A stretch of 64,000 bases of DNA from Candidatus Uhrbacteria bacterium (GTDB lineage Bacteria; Patescibacteriota; Patescibacteriia; UBA9934; GWF2-40-263), in contig JACPHU010000010.1 of NCBI GenBank assembly GCA_016188495.1, positions 349 to 64,348 on the forward strand, written 5' to 3'. A program made the position numbers and the translations under genes. This document shows positions 46,973-57,650 of the stretch, one piece after another. Below the pieces are notes generated by a model. It was not told the origin of the DNA. It saw only the letters and a program-made list of their open reading frames with translations, and did not search any database. Position 1 is the first letter of the stretch. Every line of letters starts with the position of its first letter.

Positions 46973-48388
46973 TTATCGACGAGGGAGGAGACTCTTAATT
47001 TCCTTTATTGTAATAGCTTTGAGAATCAAGAGTGATCCGCTATAGAGTACGGCTCCCGTGACTAAATCAATCATGACAGGGACATGCATTTGAGAAAGAA
47101 CAGCATACATGATCAGGGAGGCAATAAGGGATTTAAGAAAAACGGTTGGATTTGGCAGAGCTTTGGAAGATCGATATACAACCCCAAAGGTGATCAGAGC
47201 GATCAATCCTTCAGAAACAAGCGTTACCCAGACTCCCCCCCACATTCCATACTCAGGAATAAGCCACAGGTACCCTCCTACAGAAATGATTGCGACAAAG
47301 ATATATCCGAGCGTCATGATCCGTTGTTTGTTCAGTGCAACAACAAGGTGTCCATACAGAGTTCCAAAAAATACACCAATCAAGGCTAAAAGAAGCGCAG
47401 AGAGCACGGGACCTGCAGAAGCAAAATCATTTCCTGCAATAAAAACCGTTAGTTCTGTTGAAACAAGTTGTCCTCCCACGATCACGGGAACCACGACAAG
47501 GACAAAAAGATCAAAGATACGATTAATTCGTATTCTAAAAGCTTCTTTTTCTCCAGAACTCCACAAAGCAACCAAGGATGGAAGCACGATTCCCATGAAC
47601 ATCGTTGGGAGCACGGTCATGACATCAATAATACGATAGGCCATTCCATAGAGTCCTACCTCGCTTTGATCTCGGAAATAGGCAAGAAAGAGAATATCTC
47701 CTTTAAGATACAGAAGATTAAAGATAATAGAGACCGCGATAGGCCAAGAGTGACTTAAGATGAACATCCATTGTGACCATTCAAACAATGGGTGTATTCG
47801 AACAAACGGTTTTGCAAAACGGATCATGATGAATAGCCATAACGCATTTGAAATCACCATGGCAATGAACATTTCAACGACTCCTGGAGAAAGAAGAGCA
47901 AAGAGAATAACAAGAATCAGAAGCACTCCGCGATTGATCAGCTCTGCCAGGGCTGCCCGCCACATACATTCGTGGCGTTGGAAAACACCAACTAACATGG
48001 AAGCTCCTCCCATGAGAAAATAGGCGACTGCTCCCACGAGTACGGCGGTTTTAACGGTTGAGGACCAGGGAAAGAGTAAAACACTCAAAGGGGCTAAAGA
48101 AAACAGAAGCAAACCTGACACCAGTCGCAGTCCAAAGAAGTTTCCCACCACGCGTTCTTCATCGATTCCAGTTTTTGAAATCATAACGATCAGTGTCAGA
48201 GTGAGTCCAAAATCAACTAGCACGCCGAACATTTGCAGATACGTGATCGCTGTCGTGTGCTCTCCAAAGGCATGTGTTCCCAAAGCTCTAGTTATCACCG
48301 CAATAGAGATGAGACCCACCAACACAGAAACAACCTTTCCCAATAATTGGATGCTGAAGTTTGAAGCAATAGATTTGGCCGTAGACAT
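46973..48388 (-). CDS. Polysaccharide flippase (Wzx/MOP family)
   Basis: ~14 TM; RALG..AFG, VDFGL, LYLKGDILFL, VGLYG.AYR. Confidence 0.9.
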   Translation of the reverse strand: MSTAKSIASNFSIQLLGKVVSVLVGLISIAVITRALGTHAFGEHTTAITYLQMFGVLVDFGLTLTLIVMISKTGIDEERVVGNFFGLRLVSGLLLFSLAPLSVLLFPWSSTVKTAVLVGAVAYFLMGGASMLVGVFQRHECMWRAALAELINRGVLLILVILFALLSPGVVEMFIAMVISNALWLFIMIRFAKPFVRIHPLFEWSQWMFILSHSWPIAVSIIFNLLYLKGDILFLAYFRDQSEVGLYGMAYRIIDVMTVLPTMFMGIVLPSLVALWSSGEKEAFRIRINRIFDLFVLVVVPVIVGGQLVSTELTVFIAGNDFASAGPVLSALLLALIGVFFGTLYGHLVVALNKQRIMTLGYIFVAIISVGGYLWLIPEYGMWGGVWVTLVSEGLIALITFGVVYRSSKALPNPTVFLKSLIASLIMYAVLSQMHVPVMIDLVTGAVLYSGSLLILKAITIKEIKSLLPRR

Positions 48389-48429
48389 AGTATGGATAGT
48401 GTAGCAGTCTTTGAACAATGTTTTAAAAA

Positions 48430-50376
48430 ATGATATTCTTTTATAAAGATCGTATGCCTTCATTTCTCTTGAGAGAATTACGAAGCTTCTCTTCAAGAGC
48501 CTCGAATCGTTCGTTGGTTTTTTTTGTTTTATTATTCCTGTTTGTCGCAGGATTTTTTTTATTTCCTACAACCGTTGAAGCGGTGGCAAAAAATGGTTTT
48601 GAAGCCTTGCAAGTAAGTCTTCCTAAATCTGGCTTCACGATGAATCCCGGCGAGACGAAGCAGGTATTGATTACCTTTAAGAATATCGGTCAGAAAACAT
48701 GGGCCAACAGTGGAACCGCTTACGTATCCGTTTACACCTACAATCCAAAATACCGTGTCAGTGATTTTAAGGCAGATAATTGGATCGACTATACACAAGC
48801 CTCTGTATTGAAAGAGTCGTCGGTACCTGTGGGTTCTATCGGTTCGATCTATCTCACGCTCCATGCTCCGCAATCTGCGGGAACATATAAGGAAACGTTC
48901 CAATTGGCTGCAGAGGACGCCGCCTGGATTCCTGGAGGAGAGTTTACGTTAACGATCAATGTTCAAAATTCAACCACTCAGGGAGGAACTGGCGAAACGA
49001 CTTCAGAGCAGGTGACGCAGGAAGAACAAAAACAGGTGACAAATGACGGTCAGGCATCCCCACAAACCGATGGACTTTCTGCCACGATTTTGTTGCGTTC
49101 TGCTAAGTCTCTTACCGCTAAAGCAGGAGAGGTTCTCACCTATAAAGTCGGAATTAAAAATACAGGCACTCGTACCTGGACAAAGCGCGAAATTGTCACT
49201 TCCGGGGTAAAAATTGCTTCTTCAGACACGCAGCATTCATCCTGGGTTTCCTCCACAAAATTAGTCGTAAACGAGCAGGGGACCATTAAACCAGGAGGAT
49301 TGGATTTTCTTTCTTTTACCTTTAAAGCCCCTTCCACAAAAGGATCTCAGACGGTTCGTTATCAATTAGCTGTAGACGATGCACTTATTCCAGATTTTTA
49401 TATTGATATTCCAGTGGATGTCACCACAGGGGCTGCAAAAATAAAGGATGAACCCGTGACCGTAAAAGAAGAGGAAGTTCAATCAGATCGTCTTATTGAA
49501 GAGCCTATTGTTCGTATCGGACTACTAACCATCGACGAAGAAACCGATTGGCAGACAGAAGTCTCTTGCAATACAACCTGGCAGATTAAAGACAGTGAAG
49601 GAGGTTTATTAGGAAAAATGCAGGCAGGGGAAATCGTTCGTGCATTTTATAAAAATCAGCGTTATTACTTTAATCGCGGCAAAGGGATAGAACAGACCTA
49701 TAAATATTTGCGATTTGTTCCAGATACCCAAGACGCCGTGTGTACGGTTGAAAATTTTGATCGCCGCAAGACGCGAGGAGCCGCCTATGCGCTCAATAAG
49801 TTTCGAGACACGCTTGAACTTCAATATATTCCTTATAAAAATGAAACATGGCTTATTAACGAGCTTCCTATTGAGGAGTATTTGTATGGGCTGGGTGAAA
49901 CATCCAACGCCTCCCATCAAGAATTTAAAAAGACGCTTATCACTGTTGCCAGAACGTACGGTCTCTATCATTGGGAACGTAACACAAAGCATAAAGGCTA
50001 TTTTCATATGAATGCCTATGCGGATGACCAAGTCTATTTCGGTTATGAATACGAACAGATCCACCCTCTTATTAAACAAGCCGTCGATGACACGAAAGGT
50101 GTGACCGTGAGCTATCAAGGACGCACAGCATTGACTCCTTACTTTTCTCGATCCGATGGCCGTACGCGTTCTTGGAGCGAAGTGTGGGGCGGGGATGTTG
50201 CCTGGCTCATTGGAGTTCCTGCACCGTGTGATAAAGAACGTGGATATACGCTTTGGGGACATGGAGTCGGACTCGGCGCGACAGAAGCTCTGTGTATGGC
50301 AAATAAAGGAAAGACTTGGGAAGAAATTTTGCATTATTTTTACACGGACGTGGATCTGACAAAGCGATGGGAATAA
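48430..50376 (+). CDS. SpoIID/LytB-domain protein with two N-terminal Ig-like (NBR1-like) domains
   Basis: Repeated KNxG..TW / PG...F...AP modules; INELPIEEYLYGLGE, ARTY, DQVYFG, GHGVGL, EILHYFY. Confidence 0.85.
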   Translation: MIFFYKDRMPSFLLRELRSFSSRASNRSLVFFVLLFLFVAGFFLFPTTVEAVAKNGFEALQVSLPKSGFTMNPGETKQVLITFKNIGQKTWANSGTAYVSVYTYNPKYRVSDFKADNWIDYTQASVLKESSVPVGSIGSIYLTLHAPQSAGTYKETFQLAAEDAAWIPGGEFTLTINVQNSTTQGGTGETTSEQVTQEEQKQVTNDGQASPQTDGLSATILLRSAKSLTAKAGEVLTYKVGIKNTGTRTWTKREIVTSGVKIASSDTQHSSWVSSTKLVVNEQGTIKPGGLDFLSFTFKAPSTKGSQTVRYQLAVDDALIPDFYIDIPVDVTTGAAKIKDEPVTVKEEEVQSDRLIEEPIVRIGLLTIDEETDWQTEVSCNTTWQIKDSEGGLLGKMQAGEIVRAFYKNQRYYFNRGKGIEQTYKYLRFVPDTQDAVCTVENFDRRKTRGAAYALNKFRDTLELQYIPYKNETWLINELPIEEYLYGLGETSNASHQEFKKTLITVARTYGLYHWERNTKHKGYFHMNAYADDQVYFGYEYEQIHPLIKQAVDDTKGVTVSYQGRTALTPYFSRSDGRTRSWSEVWGGDVAWLIGVPAPCDKERGYTLWGHGVGLGATEALCMANKGKTWEEILHYFYTDVDLTKRWE

Positions 50377-51446
50377 AAGAATTTTTTATCTGTTTTTTGA
50401 TGAGTACAGCCGCAGTTTTTCCTGCGGCTGTTTTCGCACAAGAGGTTTCACCACGCGACGCGTTGACATTGATTTATCAAAGTCGTCCGGATTTGCAACG
50501 TGCGTTTGATGCTCAAACAGGTTTGGCGATCGCAGGCACCAACGCAGGGTTTCTATTGGATTTGGAAGATTGGGCAACGCAATACGGATGGATGGAACAT
50601 CCTGAATTGAAGATCTATGCTCCAACACAGGGGGATGGGGTTCCTGTGCGGACGAGCGCAGAAGAGATCGAATCTTCTATCCAAGCGCAGGCATATCTGG
50701 TGATGGATCGCTCCACCGGAAAAATATTGACGGTAAAAAATGAGAATAAAGTGTGGCCTATCGCGAGCCTCACCAAGCTCATGACCGCTTCGGTTGTTTT
50801 GGATCATGATGTTCTGTTAAATAAAACAGCTTCGGTGCTCAACACGGACAATGTGGGGGGTGCGCGATTGTATGTGAATGACGGAGATGAATTTACGGTG
50901 GAAGATCTTTTTTATGCCACGCTTGTAGGTTCAGCCAACAACGCAGCGAACGCTCTTGCTCGAACCACTGGATTATCTCGCGCGGAATTTGTGCAAGAGA
51001 TGAATGCGCGTGCAAAGGTATTGAATCTTGTCCGTACACAGTATGTGGATCCTACAGGAATCGAATTAGGAAACGTTTCAACGGCTCGTGAGATGGCTCG
51101 GGTGGCGCAAATGGCTTTTTCTCAAGACTCTCTTCAGAGATTCACTACAACAGCAACAAAATATATTAGCGATCTTTCTCAAGGGACAACAAAGAAAATG
51201 ACAAATACGAATTGGATGCTTTGGAAACCAGAATATGATGATTTGTATGTGACCGGCGGAAAGACCGGATATCTGATTGAATCGGGATGGAACCTTGTGG
51301 TTTCGCTTCGTCCGATGGAGGGAGATGCAGATAAAGAACTGTTAATCGTTCTGTTTGGTGCAGACTCTCGCGGAGATTCCTTTATCAATGCTGATCGTCT
51401 TGCTACTTGGGCCTGGGAGACCCATGAATGGCAAAAAGTGCAGTAA
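50367..51446 (+). CDS. D-alanyl-D-alanine carboxypeptidase/endopeptidase (peptidase S11)
   Basis: IASLTKLMT (SxxK), SANN (SxN), GGKTGY. Confidence 0.9.
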   Translation: MGIKEFFICFLMSTAAVFPAAVFAQEVSPRDALTLIYQSRPDLQRAFDAQTGLAIAGTNAGFLLDLEDWATQYGWMEHPELKIYAPTQGDGVPVRTSAEEIESSIQAQAYLVMDRSTGKILTVKNENKVWPIASLTKLMTASVVLDHDVLLNKTASVLNTDNVGGARLYVNDGDEFTVEDLFYATLVGSANNAANALARTTGLSRAEFVQEMNARAKVLNLVRTQYVDPTGIELGNVSTAREMARVAQMAFSQDSLQRFTTTATKYISDLSQGTTKKMTNTNWMLWKPEYDDLYVTGGKTGYLIESGWNLVVSLRPMEGDADKELLIVLFGADSRGDSFINADRLATWAWETHEWQKVQ

Positions 51447-51460
51447 CGTTTTGATCTAGA

Positions 51461-51502
51461 GAAAAAAATAAGCGGGAGCTACGGCTCCCGCTTATTTTTT
51501 TC
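51461..51502. terminator. Bidirectional intrinsic terminator
   Basis: GAAAAAAATAAGCGGGAGC-TACG-GCTCCCGCTTATTTTTTTC between convergent genes. Confidence 0.85.
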
Positions 51503-52041
51503 TATGTCATTTTTTTCGCTCGTTTTTCTTGTACGAGTCGATTGATGAGTTGTTTTACTTCCTCAGGGTTGTCTATACTTTTAAAGTGAAACCGGCTTTT
51601 TTCTCCTGCGGTTTGTACGAAGACGTTCCCGTAAGTAAAGATCGTCTGGAGGATCCCGCGGATTTCGGCCGTTGTATCTTGGACAGAAGACAGATCTAGT
51701 TCTGAAGCGGTCCGATTGAATAATCCATTTTGCTCGATACTGATAATGCGTTCATTAGTGATAATCCAAGTATCCAGATAGTAATCCGTGAATTCCAGGA
51801 ACGCAAAGAGCCAAATTGAGAGGAAATAAATGCTTCCCAAAATGACCAGAAACGGTCCTATAACGGGATGATCCAGCCATGTTTGAATTGTGTCCCAGAA
51901 ATACCAGGATCCTAAAAGAGGAATTCCTGTCAGGATAGAAAAAGCGGTCACGATCGTAAGGATGGCAAACCATTGCCGGCGCAGAAATGAAACAACATGT
52001 TCATTGGGTCGTTGGTTTGGAAGCTGATGGAGGTTCATCAT
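51502..52041 (-). CDS. Bacterial PH-domain membrane protein
   Basis: Two TM, then WIITNERII.IEQ.GLF.R...L....QD......G....F.YG.V.VQTAG. Confidence 0.85.
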   Translation of the reverse strand: MMNLHQLPNQRPNEHVVSFLRRQWFAILTIVTAFSILTGIPLLGSWYFWDTIQTWLDHPVIGPFLVILGSIYFLSIWLFAFLEFTDYYLDTWIITNERIISIEQNGLFNRTASELDLSSVQDTTAEIRGILQTIFTYGNVFVQTAGEKSRFHFKSIDNPEEVKQLINRLVQEKRAKKMT

Positions 52042-52322
52042 AAGGAAGGAAATAAATCTTCATTATAATAATTTACCGTTTTGTCTAAAGAGATTGGGTA
52101 ACTCCAGTCATATTCCATCAGCAGAAAGACGGATCCCGCTACCAGGATAATCGTTCCTCCTGCAAAGATTGTCACGATCAGATACATCCCGAATCCGTAT
52201 ACGCCATATCGAATGAGATGATAGACGTTAAACAGAGCATAGAGCACATAAAAGAGCATATAGGCTCCGTAGACAATCAAAAAAACAGCGATCGGAATAT
52301 TGATGTCTGGAAAATCAAACAT
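52038..52322 (-). CDS. Hypothetical two-TM protein
   Basis: 94-aa hydrophobic ORF, YHL.RYG motif, overlaps next gene by 4 nt. Confidence 0.75.
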   Translation of the reverse strand: MFDFPDINIPIAVFLIVYGAYMLFYVLYALFNVYHLIRYGVYGFGMYLIVTIFAGGTIILVAGSVFLLMEYDWSYPISLDKTVNYYNEDLFPSL

Positions 52323-52380
52323 AGTAAGTAAATTGTATCACAAAATCTTCAGATAGTTTGGCTCATGAGATTCGAATATT

Positions 52381-52417
52381 CCCTGAGCGAAGCGACCCAT
52401 GGGAGCGGAGTCGAAGG
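52381..52417 (+). repeat. Family B hairpin repeat
   Basis: AATATT-CCCTGAGCGAAGCGACCCATGGGAGCGGAGTCGAAGGG. Confidence 0.75.
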
Positions 52418-52423
52418 GGTAGT

Positions 52424-53458
52424 TTAAAGCAAAGTTTGTGGTGGGGTATTTAATCCCAAATGTTTGTATCCATGTTCTGTGACAACGCGTCCGCGTGGAG
52501 TACGGGAGAGGAATCCAATTTGAATAAGAAACGGCTCGTGAACTTCTTCAATCGTTTGTATTTCTTCTTGTGTTGAAGCGGCGATTGTTGAGAGTCCCAC
52601 AGGTCCTCCGTTGAATTTTTCAATAATCGTGGAAAGAATCCGTCGATCGGTTTGATCTAATCCGACGTGGTCTACCGCTAGTTTTTCAAGTGCTTCTTTG
52701 CAGATGCGTTGGGAGATATGACCATCTGCCCGGACATCGGCAAAGTCTCGCACGCGTTTGAGAAGTCTGTTGGCAATACGTGGGGTCCGACGTGAACGAC
52801 AAGCCAGGAGATCGATCGCTTCTGGATCAATAGAAACATGGAGCAATCCCGCGCTGCGTTTCACAATTTGACTGATATGACTCTCTTCATAAAAATTTAA
52901 ATGATGAGTAACGCCAAAGCGATCGCGAAGAGGTGATGTAAGAAGAGAAAGTCGAGTTGTGGCTCCAATAATCGTGAACTTTTCTAAATTCAATCGCAAT
53001 GTTCGGGCTGTTGGACCTTTGCCGACGATGATATCCAAGACGTAGTCCTCCATGGCAGGGTAGAGCACTTCCTCGATCGTTTTGTTGATTCGGTGAATTT
53101 CATCGATAAACAGAATATCTCCCCGATTCAAACTGGAGAGAATGGCGGCTAAATCTCCTACGCGTTCTAAGGCCGGACCCGAGGTAATGCGAATTTGAGT
53201 CCCTATTTCGTTGGCGATAATGTGAGCAAGACTCGTTTTTCCAAGCCCAGGATTTCCATAAAGCAAAACATGTTCAATGGGTTCGTTTCTCTTTTGAGCG
53301 GCTTGGATGAAAATAGAGAGATTATCCTTGATTTCATCTTGTCCGATGAAATCTTTTAAAGACTGCGGACGCAATCCAACTTCAAATGGTTGTTCCTCCG
53401 GAGGAGCTTTTCCCTCCACAATTCGTCCTGGCAGGTTTTCTTCCTCACGTTCGATCAT
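52424..53458 (-). CDS. ruvB: Holliday junction branch migration helicase RuvB
   Basis: [46 protein letters not shown]. Confidence 0.97.
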   Translation of the reverse strand: MIEREEENLPGRIVEGKAPPEEQPFEVGLRPQSLKDFIGQDEIKDNLSIFIQAAQKRNEPIEHVLLYGNPGLGKTSLAHIIANEIGTQIRITSGPALERVGDLAAILSSLNRGDILFIDEIHRINKTIEEVLYPAMEDYVLDIIVGKGPTARTLRLNLEKFTIIGATTRLSLLTSPLRDRFGVTHHLNFYEESHISQIVKRSAGLLHVSIDPEAIDLLACRSRRTPRIANRLLKRVRDFADVRADGHISQRICKEALEKLAVDHVGLDQTDRRILSTIIEKFNGGPVGLSTIAASTQEEIQTIEEVHEPFLIQIGFLSRTPRGRVVTEHGYKHLGLNTPPQTLL

Positions 53459-53548
53459 AGTGTCTGTATTATGCCTTCCATTGTTTGCTCTCGCAATAAC
53501 AAACACCCCTGTTTGTAAAGGGGTGTGTCATAAATAGGTTATATTCCA

Positions 53549-53992
53549 TTAACTCAATAAAGAGAGATTTTGATGGATAATGACGGGATGCATTCCTAAG
53601 ATTTCTTCTTTATAGGAAAGTTCAGGGATGGGTTTGAGAAGAAAAATCTTTTTTCTGTGATGAAACGCAAGGCCCATTTCTAAAAGAGTGTTTGCGCCGA
53701 TATAATTCAAAATGCCGTTTTTATCGTGGTTCAAGACCAAAATAGCGTCGGCCCACAGGACTTTTTCAAAATGATTACGCATGGCTTGTTCTTTTGCGTC
53801 CCAAATCCAACCTTCTGTTTCGTTTGTCGTTTTTCGTAGAGCATAATATTCCTTTACCGGCATTGCCTTGCCTTGTTCGTCTAGAATTTCCAATGGAGGC
53901 ATCTGTACCTCATGCCCCGTTGATTCCAGTGTGTTTTTGGCTGCAAGCATTTCATCAATAAAGGCAATGCTTCCACAGAGGGTGATTTTCAT
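53549..53992 (-). CDS. Nucleoside 2-deoxyribosyltransferase-like hypothetical protein
   Basis: KITLCGSI.F, ADAILVLN, YIGANTLLEMGLAF...KKIFLL. Confidence 0.65.
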   Translation of the reverse strand: MKITLCGSIAFIDEMLAAKNTLESTGHEVQMPPLEILDEQGKAMPVKEYYALRKTTNETEGWIWDAKEQAMRNHFEKVLWADAILVLNHDKNGILNYIGANTLLEMGLAFHHRKKIFLLKPIPELSYKEEILGMHPVIIHQNLSLLS

Positions 53993-53995
53993 ATT

Positions 53996-54252
53996 TTAGG
54001 TTTTTGGTAACAAGAGATCTAATTCGACTTCCAAATCATCAAACTTTTCTTTAAGCAGTTTTTTACAATCTTTAAGAGCTTTTTTATAGATTTCTTCGCC
54101 AATCATTTCTAAGAAAAATTCAAATATTTTTTCAGCAGCAACAAGACCTATTTTTTCACTTCTTTCGTCTTGGAAGAAACCAATGACATGATTGAGACAT
54201 TTTATTTTTTGTTCTTCAGATTCAAAATCGAATTTATTTTTTTGTCGGACAT
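53996..54252 (-). pseudogene. DUF2164-like protein, frameshifted at an A7 run after codon 3
   Basis: The frame encoding KNKFDFESEEQKIKCLNHVIGFFQDERSEKIGLVAAEKIFEFFLEMIGEEIYKKAL... has no upstream in-frame start; ATG 54252 is one base out of frame. Confidence 0.7.
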
Positions 54253-54339
54253 AATTTGTATTGATTATTTCTATTCTACCTTTTGGATTCTGTTATCGTA
54301 AATAATAATAAAGATCCCTCTGTGTAAAGGGATCTTTAT

Positions 54340-54425
54340 TGGTGGGCGAGGCGGGAGTCGAACCCGCACGGAGTTTCCCCCCGGGGATTTTAAGTCCCCT
54401 GCGTATACCATTCCGCCACTCGCCC
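54340..54425 (-). tRNA. tRNA-Leu(TAA)
   Basis: Minus strand GGGCGAG...GGGGA-CT-TAA-AA-TCCCC...GGTTCGACTCC.CTCGCCC-A-CCA. Confidence 0.95.
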
Positions 54426-54430
54426 TTACC

Positions 54431-54558
54431 GAGAATGTCACAAAATTCGCGATCTTGTGGTGAATGGGGCCCCATCGGCTCGTCGCCGTACATTTAGGTA
54501 CGACTCTGTCGCCGATCACCCCATTCACCACAACCTCATCGAATTGTGTGACATTCTC
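54431..54558 (-). repeat. Dispersed hairpin element, family A
   Basis: Outer stem GAGAATGTCACA.AATTCG; co-oriented with tRNA-Leu and 5 nt upstream of it; closely parallels 32135-32261. Confidence 0.85.
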
Positions 54559-54665
54559 TAATGAGCCAAAGAGTAACAAACTTCTTTCTATTCGCCAAGG
54601 ATTTGGTTTTTTGATTAGTCAAAATGTAAAATGATGCTTATACTGTCTTGTAAAGAAATAGAAAC

Positions 54666-55730
54666 ATGTACGTTATGGGAAAAGAAAATGGTCAAAGAAT
54701 TTTAGAAGTAGTCATCGAAAGGGAAGGGGAAACAAAAGTTCTTTCTGATAAAGAAAAGCCTTTTGAAGATACAAAACAAGAAATTATTCCTACGTCAGAA
54801 TTGTTAGAAATTCAGCGTGAAAAGGATGCGCAGAGATTGGATGAGGTTCGTGAGGACATCCAAAAGAAATATCTCGTAACCTCTGTTGTTGCGACAAAGG
54901 AAACAACAAGTGTCCAATCTTATATTAAGTCACACCTCCCTCAACATCTTAAACGTCCTTCTATTGTCGCTAAATTTTATACGAAGGCAACAAAACTCGT
55001 CCTTAGTTTTTTAGAAAAATTTGGTCGCTTCAAGATAGAGGGCCGAGAACGGATCCCCGCTCAAGGTCCATGTCTGCTTGTGGCGAACCATACGCGTTTT
55101 TTTGATGAGGGAAAACTGGCGGCTATTTCTGGTCGATCAGTAAAAGTGATCGGAGCGGATATGCATTTTGATAATCCACTTAAGAGATTTTTCATGAGGA
55201 AGATCGGAGTTATAGAAGTTCCCGCAACGTTGTCTCGTCTTTCTCAAGAAGAAAAACGTTCTTTGATGGAACGTGTTCCTAAAGAGGCTCGTGCCTATTA
55301 TCAAAAAGTGATCGCTCGTGATGAAAAAGGAACGTTAGAACGTAAAGCTTTGCTTGCTTTTTTGGAAACCACAACAGCTGCTTTGGCACACGGAGATGTC
55401 GTAGTCTTTTTTCCCGAAGGATTATGGACCTATGAGGGACATGTTTTGCGCCAGGCGTATCCAGGAATTGAATTTATTGCAAAGAAGTTTAAACAGGTTA
55501 CAGGGCAGGATCTTCCTATCGTTCCTGTTGGAATTACCGATGATGGGATGAAGGTGGCTGAACCTATGGTGTTGGAAAAAGATCAGACGGTACATGATGT
55601 CATGAAACGAGTGGCTAGCTGCTTGCCAGAAACAGCGAGAGGATATTTATGCAGACAAGAGCGTATCGTCTTGACGGGACATAGAAAGCACAGCAAGAAT
55701 AAGGATCTATTTATTCGAATCAGCACGTGA
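54666..55730 (+). CDS. Lysophospholipid acyltransferase (PlsC-like) with N-terminal extension
   Basis: LLVANHTRFFD (NHxxxxD), FFPEG, PIVPVGI. Confidence 0.8.
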   Translation: MYVMGKENGQRILEVVIEREGETKVLSDKEKPFEDTKQEIIPTSELLEIQREKDAQRLDEVREDIQKKYLVTSVVATKETTSVQSYIKSHLPQHLKRPSIVAKFYTKATKLVLSFLEKFGRFKIEGRERIPAQGPCLLVANHTRFFDEGKLAAISGRSVKVIGADMHFDNPLKRFFMRKIGVIEVPATLSRLSQEEKRSLMERVPKEARAYYQKVIARDEKGTLERKALLAFLETTTAALAHGDVVVFFPEGLWTYEGHVLRQAYPGIEFIAKKFKQVTGQDLPIVPVGITDDGMKVAEPMVLEKDQTVHDVMKRVASCLPETARGYLCRQERIVLTGHRKHSKNKDLFIRIST

Positions 55731-55822
55731 GACTCTTGAATGGTATCAAAAAGGTGAACAAGTAATCACCAAGATGTTCATCAGCAATATTATTCTCCAC
55801 TCCATAACTCCATCACTTTTTC

Positions 55823-57553
55823 TTACTTCTTTTTCAAAGCCGCCAAGAATTCCTTGAGCGGTTTTGTATTTAGAATGTCCGTCTTAGTGCACCAGCCCTT
55901 GCGCGCTTGGCCGATCCCGTAATCCAGATGTCCAAAATGCGTTGGATCATGAGCGTCGGAGCTAATGATGAGTTTTACGCCATGGCCTATTGCCTGACGG
56001 ATGTACTGCTCATGAAGATCGAGTCTGGCTGAACCGTTAATTTCCAGAGCCACATGATAGTCGCGTGCGGCTTTGATGATCTTGTCCATATCCACTTCAT
56101 ATCCTTCACGTTTGGTGACCACACGTCCTGTTGGGTGAAAGAAGATGTTGACCAAAGGATGTTTCATCGCACGAATAATTCTTTGAGTCATTTCTTTTTT
56201 ATTCATTTTCGTATGGCTATGAACAGAGATCGAAACGACATCCAATGTTTTCAGTATTTCATCAGAAAGATCGAGTGTTCCATCTTTGAGGACATCGCAC
56301 TCAGTTGATTTGAGAATTCGAAATCCTTTCAATTTTTTGTTGAGGTTATCGATTTCTGCAGCTTGTTGCGTGAGTCGTTTTTCGTCTAACCCTCGAGCAA
56401 TTTGAAGGGAATGCGTATGGTCGGTGACAGCCATATAATTCATACCATAAGCTTTCGCGGCCTTGGCCATTTCTTCAATGGAGGCTGTTCCATCTGACCA
56501 ATCGGTTTGGGTTTGCAGATCACCTTGAAGAGATCCGTATTCGATCAAATCAGGAAGTTCTTTTTTGGCCGCTTTGTCTATTTCGTCTGATCCCACTCGC
56601 AATTCTGGAGCAATCCATTCTAGTCCTAGATGTTTATACACCTGTTTTTCTGTGCGACTCGTGATACGTACCGATCCTTTCCAAAGGCCATGTTCGGAGA
56701 GTTTCATGTTTTTACTGATGGCTCTCTCGCGCAATAAAATATTGTGCTCGCGTGAGCCAGTAAAATGGACGAGTGCTGCCCCGTATTCGTCCGGTGGCAA
56801 GATAAGTAGATCGCCTTGCAGACCATTGATGTAGCGCACCATCAGTTTATTTGAACCTTCCTCCAGAATTTCGTGAATCTGCGGGAGTTTTTTAAACGCA
56901 CTAACCAGAGTTTGAGGATTGGCAGAGGTGGCGAGTAAATCAATGTCACCGATGGTTTCTTTGCGACGTCTCAAAGATCCAGCGATATCAACGTGCGTCG
57001 TTCCTTTTACTGTTTTGAGTGTTGTGACAAGTTCTTGTGCAAAGGGGAGAACATCATGAATAAGTCGTCTTCCGCTATCTTGTTTAAGATACGCGATTCC
57101 TCGAACAATCGTATCCTGACTTTTTTTCCCCATGCCTGGGAGATCAGCAATTTTATTTGCTTTGGCTGCACGTTCCAGATCACGAAGCGTTTTAACTCCA
57201 AGTTCTTTGTACAATTTCATGGCGGTTTTAGGACCGATGTTTTGTATGCTCGAGAGGCTCAACATATCAAAAGGATATTTTTTCTTGAGCTCATCGTAGT
57301 ACGCCAGTTTGCCTGTGGTGATCAGTTCTTCCATTTTTTCCGTCATCGATTTTCCCACTCCAGGAATGTTATCCAAACAGGTCGCCCCGCACGTTTGATA
57401 CAGATCGCTCAGTTCCTGCTGGAGATTTGAAAGGCTCTCTGCCGCTACTTCATACGCCTGAGGCTTGAACGCCACGTCCTCAGCCCTCAGATAAAGCGCT
57501 ATTTCTTGGAAGATCTCAATAGTCTCTTTATTGGTGATTTTTTTGGCAGACAT
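55823..57553 (-). CDS. polX: DNA polymerase X / PHP exonuclease
   Basis: GSLRRRKETIGDIDLL, HFTGSREHN, PELR; PHP domain DWSDG, TDH, HPTGR, SDAH. Confidence 0.95.
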   Translation of the reverse strand: MSAKKITNKETIEIFQEIALYLRAEDVAFKPQAYEVAAESLSNLQQELSDLYQTCGATCLDNIPGVGKSMTEKMEELITTGKLAYYDELKKKYPFDMLSLSSIQNIGPKTAMKLYKELGVKTLRDLERAAKANKIADLPGMGKKSQDTIVRGIAYLKQDSGRRLIHDVLPFAQELVTTLKTVKGTTHVDIAGSLRRRKETIGDIDLLATSANPQTLVSAFKKLPQIHEILEEGSNKLMVRYINGLQGDLLILPPDEYGAALVHFTGSREHNILLRERAISKNMKLSEHGLWKGSVRITSRTEKQVYKHLGLEWIAPELRVGSDEIDKAAKKELPDLIEYGSLQGDLQTQTDWSDGTASIEEMAKAAKAYGMNYMAVTDHTHSLQIARGLDEKRLTQQAAEIDNLNKKLKGFRILKSTECDVLKDGTLDLSDEILKTLDVVSISVHSHTKMNKKEMTQRIIRAMKHPLVNIFFHPTGRVVTKREGYEVDMDKIIKAARDYHVALEINGSARLDLHEQYIRQAIGHGVKLIISSDAHDPTHFGHLDYGIGQARKGWCTKTDILNTKPLKEFLAALKKK

Positions 57554-57650
57554 AGTGTTTGATTAGATCAATTGTGGATAGAATGGTGTATGAAATCAAT
57601 AAGAATAGTTTAGACTAAGAAGAGTCTTTTTCCGAATGTGAAATAAAAAT

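Noticed and set aside
49609-50334. Long antisense ORFs (e.g. 49609-50334, 40339-40887, 30024-30569, 47109-47639, 61189-61725)
   Set aside because: Shadows of well-supported genes on the opposite strand, with no motifs of their own.
55640-55730. Possible frameshift extending the PlsC-like C-terminus
   Set aside because: An alternative ending (GYYADKSVSS) is one base away, but the catalytic domain is intact and nothing in the sequence decides between the two.
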